Part shown: positions 27,398 to 36,815 of the stretch, piece after piece
How positions within the stretch are numbered: position 1 is the stretch's first letter
How the letters are laid out: each line of letters opens with the position of its first letter
Virus record (IMG/VR): IMGVR_UViG_3300044840_000108
Coordinates: 1 to 64,000 of that record
Reading direction: 5' to 3' (one strand)
DNA from: a virus
Taxonomy: Duplodnaviria > Caudoviricetes
Length of the DNA: 64,000 bases
Translations under genes and position numbers: made by a program
The notes under the pieces: model-generated
What the model saw: the letters and a program-made list of their open reading frames with translations, nothing else
The model's database searches: none
Told to the model about the DNA's origin: nothing

Positions 27398-27819
27398 TCG
27401 GCGACCTCATCGGGTTGCTTGTGGAGGTGGGACAGTTCGTTCGCGGCGGACGCCAAGTGGTTGTACAGGGTGCCCAGGATGTCGCGTGCCGCAGTGAGTT
27501 GCCTGGCGGCGTAGCTCGCGGTCAAGGCCGGGTTGGTGGCTGGCCGGTCCTCGGTCAGGACCCCCGACCCGGCGAGCCTGGTGACCGCTCGGGCCAGTTG
27601 GTCCAGGACAGGCCCCGATCGGGTTACGGCGGCGCCCACATTGGTGGTGACCGTGTGGATGGTGATCACCTCGCGGAGCGTGTCCGGGGTAGCGGTGTGG
27701 TTGAGGTAGTGGAGCAGTAGCCGGACGGCGATCGCCGCGCTGGTGACGTCGTCCTCGGTGGGCTTGCTGGTGGGTGGCCAGCACGTGTCAATGATGGTGT
27801 CCCGGTCAGGACGTGGCAT
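27394..27819 (-). CDS. Hypothetical helical protein (paralog of 15749-16186)
   Basis: Aligns by eye with 15749-16186. Confidence 0.65.
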   Translation of the reverse strand: MPRPDRDTIIDTCWPPTSKPTEDDVTSAAIAVRLLLHYLNHTATPDTLREVITIHTVTTNVGAAVTRSGPVLDQLARAVTRLAGSGVLTEDRPATNPALTASYAARQLTAARDILGTLYNHLASAANELSHLHKQPDEVAE

Positions 27820-28429
27820 CGACGGCCTTCCCCGTGTCATGCAAGCCCGGCGCGGTGAGACGACGGGCCACCTCGCCCGTAACGGTCGCGGACACTTCAG
27901 TGACACGAGGTGCCCAGCGATCGATTACGCACATGTGGACGCTGCTCTCGTCACTCATGTCGTGGCAGGCGCCGATACATTTCAGGCAGAAGTGACCGAA
28001 GATGGACCCCGGTCGGTCAGGGTCGTGCACGCCGTGGCTGCGGCACTTCTGACACAGCGGCGGCTCGACATGAAAGTGGTCCTGATTGCAGGTCTCGCCG
28101 CAGCCCTCAGCCAGTGCAGCTTCCACCGTGGCGGGACGCCCGGACTTCGGCCGCTCCCACAACGGCATCCCGGCCGCGTCCTGGCCGTCGAACTCCAGCT
28201 CTGCACTGCGGCCGTCGGCGTGCGTCCCGAACGAGGACCAGCCGTCGCGCTCGGCGAGTCGGAACGCCTCACGGACCCACTGTTGCCGTTCGGCATCGAG
28301 TCGTTTCACCCGGTCGACAATCGGATACAGCTCGCCATCGTCCGGATTGAGACCGACCAGGGATGCGATCTCGCCCAACACCTGTCCCAGCGCGAGGGCT
28401 GTCGCCGCATGGAAGTCGGCGTCGCTCAC
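27806..28429 (-). CDS. Hypothetical Zn-binding protein
   Basis: AAGGAGG RBS; several CxxC motifs. Confidence 0.55.
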   Translation of the reverse strand: MSDADFHAATALALGQVLGEIASLVGLNPDDGELYPIVDRVKRLDAERQQWVREAFRLAERDGWSSFGTHADGRSAELEFDGQDAAGMPLWERPKSGRPATVEAALAEGCGETCNQDHFHVEPPLCQKCRSHGVHDPDRPGSIFGHFCLKCIGACHDMSDESSVHMCVIDRWAPRVTEVSATVTGEVARRLTAPGLHDTGKAVDATS

Positions 28430-28443
28430 ACGATCCCCCTCCT

Positions 28444-29136
28444 TCACCGGTACCCCAACTCCTCGTCCGCCTGGTCGGCCAGCAACCGGTACGCCTGCTG
28501 GTAGGTCTCCTCATCCGGTCGGAGGTTGGTGACCAGTTCGTTGGCTCGGTCAAGGACGGCTTGCCAGTCGTGCTCACCGATCTCCGGGTAGTCACTCCAG
28601 TCGATCTCCACCACGGTCTCGGCCGGACCACCGTAGCTACGGGCCACGACGTATCGGGCCACCGTGGCGATCGCGTCGTCCGGCGTCACTGCTTCCCCCC
28701 ACTCAGTGCCGCAAGAGCGGCACTGAGCCAAGGCGCTGTAGGTCGCCCGGTCGCTTTTGGAGGCGGACGCCCAAGACTTGTAGAACGAGTTGGGCGAGTC
28801 ACTGTCGTGCAGTGCCGCCGCCAGCCGCTCGGCCGTCGCTTCGTCGTCTGCTGGTGCCGCAGGGGAGGCGGCCCCGAACCGCCAGCCGGCTTTGAGTAGG
28901 CCGTCCGGTGCCGGTGCCGGTGCCGGTGCCGCGAGCAGACCGGCATCGTCCAGCGTGTAGGCCACCATGTACGTCTGCGTCAGCGACTCGGTGACGGTGA
29001 TCAGCGCGCCGGCCGCGCGGGCCACGTGGACGGGATGCGGTGGCTCGAGGCGCGTCACCCACGGCTCGACACCGGTGTCGGGGACGGCCCGCATCCCGTC
29101 CATCTCGGCCTGGACGTGTGCCGGTCGGTCAGCCAT
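28444..29136 (-). CDS. Hypothetical protein
   Basis: GAGG RBS; Ala-Pro linker. Confidence 0.5.
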   Translation of the reverse strand: MADRPAHVQAEMDGMRAVPDTGVEPWVTRLEPPHPVHVARAAGALITVTESLTQTYMVAYTLDDAGLLAAPAPAPAPDGLLKAGWRFGAASPAAPADDEATAERLAAALHDSDSPNSFYKSWASASKSDRATYSALAQCRSCGTEWGEAVTPDDAIATVARYVVARSYGGPAETVVEIDWSDYPEIGEHDWQAVLDRANELVTNLRPDEETYQQAYRLLADQADEELGYR

Positions 29137-29572
29137 GTCGCGCATCCTCTCGATCGTTGCCTTGGTGGCGGGCGGTGAGCACTTCCTGCGGCGGCCGGTA
29201 CAGGCGCCGTTGTCCGGGCCCGGAGATGGGGGCCACGAACCGCGCGGGGTTGGTGAACATCCAGTGGTAGACGTGCGGGCCCGGTTCGCCCCACTCTGGG
29301 CAGCACCCCGTGGACTGGTGCACACCGATGAGGATGGCGGTCCCGATGTAGCCGGTGGGCTGTTCGCGGGGATCGGATCGGAAGCGGACGCCCCGTATGC
29401 GTGCCAGGATGGCGCCATCCACGTCGAACGCCTTGCCAGCGTGGATATACACCAGGCCCCGGTAGGTGGTGGACCAGGTGCGGTTTTCGATGTCCTTGTC
29501 GCCGTTGATGATGAGTTCAGCCCAGGGGCGACGGATGGACAGGGCGCGGGCATCGGTCACGGTTGCCGTCAC
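29129..29572 (-). CDS. ASCH-domain (PUA-like RNA-binding) protein
   Basis: ALSIRRPWAELIINGDKDIENRTW...YIHAGK. Confidence 0.9.
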   Translation of the reverse strand: MTATVTDARALSIRRPWAELIINGDKDIENRTWSTTYRGLVYIHAGKAFDVDGAILARIRGVRFRSDPREQPTGYIGTAILIGVHQSTGCCPEWGEPGPHVYHWMFTNPARFVAPISGPGQRRLYRPPQEVLTARHQGNDREDARHG

Positions 29573-29958
29573 GCTGATACCTCGGTCACGACCGTGAGGG
29601 TGATGTACTCGCCCTCGTCGCCGTCCGAATCCCACTGCACCTGGTAGACGCCAGGCGGCAGGCCCAGGTCCAGGACTGCATCGTGGGTGTTGTCGCCGTC
29701 CTGTACCCAGCACTGGGTAGTGGGGTAGGCGAGCCATCCGGCTTCCGGCATCCAACGGTGCCCAGCGGATGAAGCAGGGCACGGCTGGTCGTCGCTGCCC
29801 GGGTCGTCCGGGTCGATCGGTTTGCATCCGCACTGCTCAAACAAGGTGCACACCCGGTCCGGGCCGGTTCCGGCGGGACAGGTCAGCGTGTAGCGGAGGT
29901 CGTCGAGATCTTCGGGTGGGTGGATGGTGAGGGTGTGCGGGTCGGGGATGTTGGTCAC
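29569..29958 (-). CDS. Hypothetical protein
   Basis: GTGA coupling at both ends. Confidence 0.5.
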   Translation of the reverse strand: MTNIPDPHTLTIHPPEDLDDLRYTLTCPAGTGPDRVCTLFEQCGCKPIDPDDPGSDDQPCPASSAGHRWMPEAGWLAYPTTQCWVQDGDNTHDAVLDLGLPPGVYQVQWDSDGDEGEYITLTVVTEVSA

Positions 29959-30143
29959 GGTCGCTGCTCTCGTTCGATCGCGCCAGCGGCTGCCATCCAC
30001 GCCTGCACAGTGCGCTCCGGTAGATCCGCCCATTCGGGCATGTTGCGGCCGTCGAACGTCTTGCCGCCGGTGTGCGCGGCGTAGCCCCGGTAGCCGGCTT
30101 CGGCCAGTTCCATCGGGGACGGGTGCTGGTTGTCAGCGGTCAT
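29955..30143 (-). CDS. Small phage protein
   Basis: GGKTFDGRNMPEWADL...AW; GAACAGGAG RBS. Confidence 0.65.
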   Translation of the reverse strand: MTADNQHPSPMELAEAGYRGYAAHTGGKTFDGRNMPEWADLPERTVQAWMAAAGAIEREQRP

Positions 30144-30309
30144 GCTGTTGCTCCTGTTCCGTGGTGGTGGAGGGCTTGTCGGCGGGCGCGGTGGCGAGCC
30201 AGCGAGCGATGGCATAGGCGCCTCCACTGCTGACTGACCGATGCTCCGCGCGGCACCGTGCCTTCATCTGTTCGCCGAGTTCGTCATCGACATAGATGGT
30301 AATCATCAC
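30133..30309 (-). CDS. Ribbon-helix-helix protein (leaderless)
   Basis: ITIYVDDEL...RSVSS; TATGAT -10 at 30316-30321. Confidence 0.6.
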   Translation of the reverse strand: MMITIYVDDELGEQMKARCRAEHRSVSSGGAYAIARWLATAPADKPSTTTEQEQQHDR

Positions 30310-30358
30310 CACCTCATCATACCGCATAGTGCCGCATATCGCGTCGTTTGTAGGCGCC

Positions 30359-30919
30359 ATGCTGCCGCCGGGTTTGCCGGATAAGCTGATCAACGTGAGG
30401 AAGCTCGACATCGCTGATACGCGGTCGGCATCGCGCCAGATCGCAAGCGCCATCGTGGCCGCGATCGCGGACGGCGAGTTGGACCCGGGCGATCCGCTTC
30501 CCAGTCGCCGCGACCTTCAAGCCCACTTCGGGGTGGCCAACGCTACGATCCAGGCCGCACTGGACCGATTGAAGGCGGAAGGGACGGTGACCGGCCACCA
30601 AGGTCGCGGGGTGTTCGTGAATCCAGATGTAGCACCGATGAGCATGGGCACGCTTGTCTCCCGGCTGGACACTGCGATTGACCAAGCGCAGCGCGACGCC
30701 GAGGCTGGTCTCATTCGGGTAGAGGACCCTGTTGGCGGCTGTGTCGGCATGCCCGTCCCGGTGCTGGTGGCCAGGACGTTGATCCGCCGCTGCCAGGGAG
30801 ACCGGCGCATCGTTGCGGCCCTGTCCACGCCACTGCCTGACGAGCACAGTCCTGGCGGTATCGCACTCTGTGAACTCGCCGCGTCTTATGCGACCGTTCG
30901 GAGGCATCGCAACGGCTGA
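30359..30919 (+). CDS. GntR-family winged-HTH regulator
   Basis: IADGELDPGDPLPSRRDL...FGVANATIQAAL..L..EG...GRGVFV. Confidence 0.85.
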   Translation: MLPPGLPDKLINVRKLDIADTRSASRQIASAIVAAIADGELDPGDPLPSRRDLQAHFGVANATIQAALDRLKAEGTVTGHQGRGVFVNPDVAPMSMGTLVSRLDTAIDQAQRDAEAGLIRVEDPVGGCVGMPVPVLVARTLIRRCQGDRRIVAALSTPLPDEHSPGGIALCELAASYATVRRHRNG

Positions 30920-31283
30920 CCAGCGGGTTACTGTGCGGTATGGATGCGCAGACCCCGTTCAGCCCATTCATCACCGCATTGGCGCGACAACACCTCGCCC
31001 GCTTCGCGGGTCACAACGCCCGCGTGTCCAGCTCGCCGGTTGTGCACGCCATGAAACCCCAGCGTCTGCTCAACGTCCCAGTGCCCGGTCTGGCCTGCGG
31101 CACCGCCGTCGGCGGATGGGACTGGATGCGGCTCGAACCCACCACCCTTGCGGTGACCTGCCACCACTGCCTACGCCACGACGAACACGGGGTACCAGGT
31201 CGGCGACAGTGCGGGACGCAGTTGGTGCTGCACTTACGGCTGCCGTAGCAGCAACCATCCCCAGGAGGGTTTGGGAGCTACGA

Positions 31284-31424
31284 CTATCCGGCTTCGTCCG
31301 GCGAGTTGGCAAGGCGATCGATGGTCTCGATTCTCAGGCTCTCCACCACGTAGGCGCGCAGAAACTCCGGGTCTTTCAAGTCCTCGACCAGGTCATCCCA
31401 GAACGTCATAGGGGCTGTGGCCAT
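31284..31424 (-). CDS. Small acidic peptide resembling an antitoxin N-terminus
   Basis: FWDDLVEDLKDPEFLRAY; GGAGG RBS. Confidence 0.5.
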   Translation of the reverse strand: MATAPMTFWDDLVEDLKDPEFLRAYVVESLRIETIDRLANSPDEAG

Positions 31425-32006
31425 GGGGATCACCTCCAAACCAACCGCCGATGGTGTAACACGCACGCTACGCGATTCGCAGCGCCACGTCAGGACCTGC
31501 GCTTTAGTTGTCGTCCGGCCTGAACAGTTGCAAGGCTTCCTTGTCGATCTCGAACGACGGGCAGGCGCATGGCAGGTCGTAGGAGTCCTTACCGCCGCAA
31601 CGACCGGTGCGATGCAGGTGCGCTTCGACGCTGTGTCGACAGGTACACCCCGCCAGCTCGGCGTCGGTCCTCGTTTCGTCACGCCGTGCCAGTTCGCGAA
31701 CCACCAGTGCCGCCGACGACGTCTTGGGATAGCCGGTGCCGGTCATGACGCACCGGTTCGCGCCGGGATCCCACAACGCGTCGGGCTGGCCGCACACCGG
31801 TTCGTGCGGATGCTCTTGGACGGCACCGTCAGCTCGCGCGAGGCCGGCGTGCTCGTCGCAGGCCACGAGTCCACACCGGCCGTAGCGCACGTCTTCGACC
31901 ATGACATGCACCGCCGCCGTTGACGCGCACGCCGTACCGGACCCGAGCGGCTCGTAGGTACAGGTCGCGCCGTGGCTGGCGGCGGCCGGCCCGACCCGGC
32001 GGATGG

Positions 32007-32792
32007 TCATGACACCTCCAGGCCGGCAGCCTGGGTGACACGCCGCATTTCGGCGAGGTCCCACACCGCGGTGTTGTTGGCCAACGAATCCTCCTCGCGA
32101 CTCATCCCCTCGACCCGGCAGGTGCGGGCCGGGCTGGGCCGGTACGTGGTGTAGCGGGCGTGGTAGTGGCCGTGGATCAGCCACGCCGGCCCGACCTCGT
32201 CCACCACGGAGCCCAACAGGGCGCGGTGTGCATCTGCGGCCGGCTCCTCCGGAACCCACGCGGCAGGCAGCGGCGACACCAACCCGGCGGGGGTAACACC
32301 ACTGGGGCAGTCGTGGGTGACCATCACATCGGCCGGGCCCTGGGCGATCGCCGCCAACACCTGGACGGGGGTGATCGCCTCCTGGGGCCACCAGTCCTGT
32401 CCAGGGGTGCGAAACCGGCGGTCGATGGAGTGGGCGCCACCCAGCGCCAAGAACCGCAGCCCGCCCCACGTCCAGCGGTAGCCGCGCGGGAGGTGCCAGA
32501 TCTGGTCGGCCACCGGGTGCAAGCCGTGCTCGTCGGGCGCGATGTGCGCCAGGCCAGGGTGGTCGTCGTGGTTTCCGTCGACCCACAACATCCGGACCCC
32601 GTGCTGATGCAGGGTCACCGCGAGGGCTTCCATCGGTGCGGACCGCACCCAATACCCGAGGTCCCCGGTGTGCACGATCACCTGGGCACCCTGGTCGGCG
32701 GCGTAGCGGATCGCGGTCCGGGCGTAGCGGGTGTTGCCGTGCCAGCACCCGGCGAACGCCACCCGCGTCGGTTCGGCGAGCGGGCCGGTCAC
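32007..32792 (-). CDS. Calcineurin-like metallophosphoesterase
   Basis: GCWHGN, HTGDLG, DGNHD, THDCP, HGHYH. Confidence 0.88.
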   Translation of the reverse strand: MTGPLAEPTRVAFAGCWHGNTRYARTAIRYAADQGAQVIVHTGDLGYWVRSAPMEALAVTLHQHGVRMLWVDGNHDDHPGLAHIAPDEHGLHPVADQIWHLPRGYRWTWGGLRFLALGGAHSIDRRFRTPGQDWWPQEAITPVQVLAAIAQGPADVMVTHDCPSGVTPAGLVSPLPAAWVPEEPAADAHRALLGSVVDEVGPAWLIHGHYHARYTTYRPSPARTCRVEGMSREEDSLANNTAVWDLAEMRRVTQAAGLEVS

Positions 32793-33154
32793 GGCAGCCA
32801 GTGCAGGTCGGCCATCCACACCTGCGCCTCCAACGGGTCGATGTGCAGGCCATCCTCTTCTGCGGTCACCCCAGGGAACCGGGCGCCGAGCACGTGGCAC
32901 AGGTCATTCGCGGCGCGCTCCAGGTAGCGTTCCCACTCCTGCACCGTGAGGATCTTCTTGTCGAGGAGGGCCAGGCCCATCGCCGTCAGTTCGGCGCGGT
33001 GCAGCAACGACGCCTCCCGGTGATCCCGCACTGCGGCACACTCCGGGTCCGTCAATGGCCGGGAGCCCAACTGCCAGCCGGCGAACAGGGACCGCCACTT
33101 GACGAGGACGTTCAGAGCCCGCTGTGTCCGCTCGTGCTGGGTAGCGGCGTTCAT
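32789..33154 (-). CDS. Hypothetical protein
   Basis: ATGA/GTGA coupling. Confidence 0.6.
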   Translation of the reverse strand: MNAATQHERTQRALNVLVKWRSLFAGWQLGSRPLTDPECAAVRDHREASLLHRAELTAMGLALLDKKILTVQEWERYLERAANDLCHVLGARFPGVTAEEDGLHIDPLEAQVWMADLHWLP

Positions 33155-33531
33155 CCCGTGATCCCATTGGCGTCTCGGCACAGTGCGTGGGCCAGTTCGC
33201 CGCCCAACATCTCGTCGTGGCAGTAGAGGTCGGATGGGTCGCCCTGTCCGTCCAGCGAGTCCGCCTCGTGCCCGGCGGCATCGTCACCCAAGATGCGCAA
33301 CAACGCCTCCAACGGCGGGCCGATCGTGGGGCGCGTCAGCACGATCCATGCGATGTCGGCATGGGTCACATCGTGGGCGACGAGACGGTCCCGGTCGTCA
33401 TAGATCTGGCCGGTAGGCTGGCCGTTGTTGGAATCAACCCATTCCAGGTCCTTGCCGACGCCCACCGCGAGGGTGGCGTCGCGTACCCAGTCAGCGGCCC
33501 GGTACAACACGACACTGAGCGGTTCACCCAT
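33151..33531 (-). CDS. Hypothetical protein
   Basis: Coupled ORF in the operon. Confidence 0.5.
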   Translation of the reverse strand: MGEPLSVVLYRAADWVRDATLAVGVGKDLEWVDSNNGQPTGQIYDDRDRLVAHDVTHADIAWIVLTRPTIGPPLEALLRILGDDAAGHEADSLDGQGDPSDLYCHDEMLGGELAHALCRDANGITG

Positions 33532-33917
33532 CGGTGCCTGCCCGGCGTTGGAGGCGGGTTTCGCGGCTCGCCTGGTGCCGTTCCCATCGACGGGTGCGGC
33601 GTTTCACCGCCGCGGCGGCACCCGCGCGTTGGGTCCACACATAGCGGCGGCGCCACGCGGTGTGGACATCCTGTTCGTCGCCGGTGCGGATCGGCCTGCG
33701 GTTCACTACCTCACCCGCCTACGTCGCTGCACTTTCCACACCGTGTAGCCAACCATCGCGACCAACCCCACCGCGACCGCTGACAGCAACCAACCCCACG
33801 CCACCCACCCTGATATCAGCAGCACCACGCTCACCACCAGTGAATACAACGCCATCCCTGCCGTGACGTGCGGCGTCCACCGCCCCCACAAGTACCCCAC
33901 AGTCCCCCTCACTTCTG

Positions 33918-34466
33918 TCACCACCACTCGCCCGGCGGCAGTGCCGGCACCGCCGATGACTTACCCGCCTTGGTGCAACGCGGGCACGGCACCCCACCGC
34001 GGCCGCCCCGGCACATCTCGAACGCATGGACCTGGTGCGCCAGACGCACCCACCCGGTACCGCCGCACGGGTCGAATGCGTTCACCGCGGCCACCGCCAA
34101 CGCCGCGTCGGCAGCCGAGCCCATCACCCCGATCAACCGGCCAAGAGGATAACCAGGGTCGGTGGTGGTGACGATGGTGCGCAACCAGTGCCGGCCCGTA
34201 CGCCACGGCATGCCGCTGAGGATGTCGCCGTCCGGGTCGGGCCGGTTGCGGGTGGACAACAGCATGTACAGGTCCACACCCAGTTCGTCGGCCACATCGA
34301 GGAGCGTGGGGACCTTGGGCCAGCGCCGCCCGACCTCCCAATGGTTCACCGCCGCGCGGGTCACCCCGACCGCGGCGGCGAGTTGGCTCGTGGACCAGCC
34401 CCGTTCCATGCGTAACGCCCGGATACGGCGCCCCACCTGTACGGCGACAGTGTCGGGCGCGGTCAT
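33918..34466 (-). CDS. XRE-family HTH protein with an extra C-terminal domain
   Basis: IRALRMERGWSTSQLAAAVGVTRAAVNHWEVGRRWP. Confidence 0.85.
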   Translation of the reverse strand: MTAPDTVAVQVGRRIRALRMERGWSTSQLAAAVGVTRAAVNHWEVGRRWPKVPTLLDVADELGVDLYMLLSTRNRPDPDGDILSGMPWRTGRHWLRTIVTTTDPGYPLGRLIGVMGSAADAALAVAAVNAFDPCGGTGWVRLAHQVHAFEMCRGGRGGVPCPRCTKAGKSSAVPALPPGEWW

Positions 34467-34615
34467 GCTGGGTTGGCTTCCGTGCTCACCTGACGGCACC
34501 AACAGTTACCGACGCGGCCTGGCGCGCTCGACGGGCCAGGCGCGCAACGGTCCAGCACGGGCCACACCAGGCGCGTCGGCGGCTTAACTTCTCGGCTCGC
34601 CGCTGACCGCAGGTC

Positions 34616-35137
34616 TCACACGTCACCCAGCCAGGCACCGGGCCGCCCGGTGCCTCCCGTCGCTTCACGGCCTGCACCCTCCGTCGCTGGTGATGTCCGT
34701 TCGATGACGAGTATCCCAGCAGTGCGGGCCCAGTCTGTGCACTGCGACGCGCCGGGCGAGTGGTCCCGAATGAACGACACGCATACTGCCGCACCGAGGT
34801 GGACCATGCGCAGGTTGCGGATCATGCCGGCGCGCGGGCAGTAGTCGCCGTGCCGGTTGGTGCGGCGGTGCCCACCGGGGCAGTCCTGTTGGCAGCGACC
34901 AGCCCAGTCCGCAGGATGCAGCTCGACCTGCCCACCCCAATGGGTCCAGCAGTCCTCCATCAGCCGGTCCCCGCCACGCGGGCACGCCCCCAGCACCAAC
35001 GTTGTCGCCGGGTGCCACACCAACGCCAGAGTGTCCCGGACGACTATCGGGTCATTCCACGTTTGGGAGCCGGTGCCCAGCACCCGGTACGGGCCGTCCG
35101 GGCGGTTGGCCAGCCACTGCTGTTCCGGGGTCGTCAC
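34616..35137 (-). CDS. SLOG-superfamily (DUF2493/YspA-like) protein
   Basis: GTGSQTW, GACPRGGD, HPADW, AGMIRN..MV, SPGA. Confidence 0.75.
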   Translation of the reverse strand: MTTPEQQWLANRPDGPYRVLGTGSQTWNDPIVVRDTLALVWHPATTLVLGACPRGGDRLMEDCWTHWGGQVELHPADWAGRCQQDCPGGHRRTNRHGDYCPRAGMIRNLRMVHLGAAVCVSFIRDHSPGASQCTDWARTAGILVIERTSPATEGAGREATGGTGRPGAWLGDV

Positions 35138-35709
35138 AACTCCCCCAACAGCGCGGTGACCGTGTCGATGGACACGGGCGCGTAACCCCACACGTCCACG
35201 CCCACGTTGATCTGCGGTGTGCCGTTCGCTGTCCGGTGGACCTTCCACGCATCGTGGACATGCCCACACAACAAGGGCACTCCGCAGTCCGGCAGCCGGT
35301 ACTCCGGGTACCGCTCCACCTCAGTCGAGTCGCCGCTGTACGGCAGGTGTGACAGCAGCACATACCGGCCGTACAGGCTGCGTCTCGCGTACGCCTGCAC
35401 GCTCGCGAAGTGCTCCAGCCACTCCCGCTGACGTCGGTGCGCATCCCGGTGTCCCGGCCACGGCTTGTCGTGGTTACCGGTGATGAGGTGGATCTCCCCG
35501 TGCAGCCGATCCACCAACGGCCAGAACACTGCCGGTGGGCACATCGCGACATCCCCCAAGTGCACCACCTGATCACCCGGCGCGACTGTCGCATTCCACC
35601 GCCGGATGATCTCCTCGTCGTGTTCGGCGGCGTCCGCGAACCCTCTCATCTGGGCGATCGTGTTGTGCCCGAAGTGGGTGTCCGCTGTGAACCACACAGA
35701 CGAGGCCAT
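35134..35709 (-). CDS. Phage metallophosphoesterase
   Basis: ADTHFGH, HLGD, GNHD, SHLP, CGHVH, INVGVD. Confidence 0.9.
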   Translation of the reverse strand: MASSVWFTADTHFGHNTIAQMRGFADAAEHDEEIIRRWNATVAPGDQVVHLGDVAMCPPAVFWPLVDRLHGEIHLITGNHDKPWPGHRDAHRRQREWLEHFASVQAYARRSLYGRYVLLSHLPYSGDSTEVERYPEYRLPDCGVPLLCGHVHDAWKVHRTANGTPQINVGVDVWGYAPVSIDTVTALLGEL

Positions 35710-36158
35710 CACGCCACCGCCGTGAGCAGGGCGGCCACGAACAGCCACAGCCAGTGGAACGACTGGTCCAGCGCGTAGGCACCGGTCCCCAACGTGGGGT
35801 TGTCCTGATGGCCCTCCCGGGGTGCACCGAGCCGGTAGAACTCACCCTTGCCCAGCAACCGGGCCAGCCACGCCAGCGTGCTGCGCCGATCGGCCCAGTA
35901 GTGCGTGACCGCGCTGACCACCTGGCCAACGACGAACCCGGCGGGGGTGATCGACAGGTGCAGCACCCACCACGCCACCACCGTGACCAGGGCGGTAACC
36001 AGAGTGTAGCTGGCCACATGTCCCGCGCACGCCCGTCGACCAGGCCAGCCCGGCAGGCCCTTGCGATTGGCTTGACGACTGGACTGCACCCAGTGATCAG
36101 CCACGGTGTGCGCCACCAGCAGGGCTGGTAGCACCGCGGCGAACGCGACGGCGTTCAC
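35709..36158 (-). CDS. DUF3307-like membrane protein
   Basis: AHTVADHWVQ, HVASY, THYWADRR, LDQSFH. Confidence 0.8.
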   Translation of the reverse strand: MNAVAFAAVLPALLVAHTVADHWVQSSRQANRKGLPGWPGRRACAGHVASYTLVTALVTVVAWWVLHLSITPAGFVVGQVVSAVTHYWADRRSTLAWLARLLGKGEFYRLGAPREGHQDNPTLGTGAYALDQSFHWLWLFVAALLTAVA

Positions 36159-36661
36159 GAGCCGGCCGACACGCTGGCAGCGGTCTTGCCGCCCGGCACG
36201 CCGAACCCGCCGCGTTGGATGCTGCTGTTCGCGGTGCCCTGATTCGACGACCCCGACCCGGTATGGACGCTGCCGGCCAGCGTTGACTGGCTACGCACCG
36301 CGGACGCGGTCCCACCGGATCGCGGTACCCCGCGGTACACCGAGACGTTCGCGGGCGCGGTGTGCACCACCGTGATGTTGGTGACGTTGATCCGACGCCC
36401 ATACGCCGGCACCACATAGGTGGGGTAGCGGACCGTGTCGATGTAGTCCCACTCGTCGGCCAGGGCGACCGCGCCACCGGACTCGTACAGGCCGCACTGG
36501 TCGTCCGGCACTCGCTGCTGTGTGGCCCGGTCTACACACACGCCGACGTACTGGTCATCCGGCGCCGTGTCACACGCCGTGACCGCGGCAAGGAAGCCCG
36601 CGCCGGCCAGGGCCGCCAACAGGTAGGTCGGCGGTGTGAGCGACTGGCGTCTGTGCGTCAT
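36155..36661 (-). CDS. Lipoprotein with an RGGFG tail
   Basis: Signal peptide plus VTAC lipobox; C...RVPDDQC; SIQRGGFG. Confidence 0.65.
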   Translation of the reverse strand: MTHRRQSLTPPTYLLAALAGAGFLAAVTACDTAPDDQYVGVCVDRATQQRVPDDQCGLYESGGAVALADEWDYIDTVRYPTYVVPAYGRRINVTNITVVHTAPANVSVYRGVPRSGGTASAVRSQSTLAGSVHTGSGSSNQGTANSSIQRGGFGVPGGKTAASVSAGS

Positions 36662-36815
36662 CGAGTCCGTCCTTGTCGCCTGTCGGCCATGGTCACCAAC
36701 GCCTGGCCGAATTCTCGCAACACGTCGTCATTCGGCACGGTGAACACCTCGTGCCCGTCCACGAACACGTACACCGTGCCGTTCGCGACCCGTTCCGACT
36801 CAACCGAGTGCCTGG

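Noticed and set aside
28905-28928. CCGGTG x4 tandem repeat
   Set aside because: Encodes an Ala-Pro linker; the in-frame unit gives no evidence of phase variation
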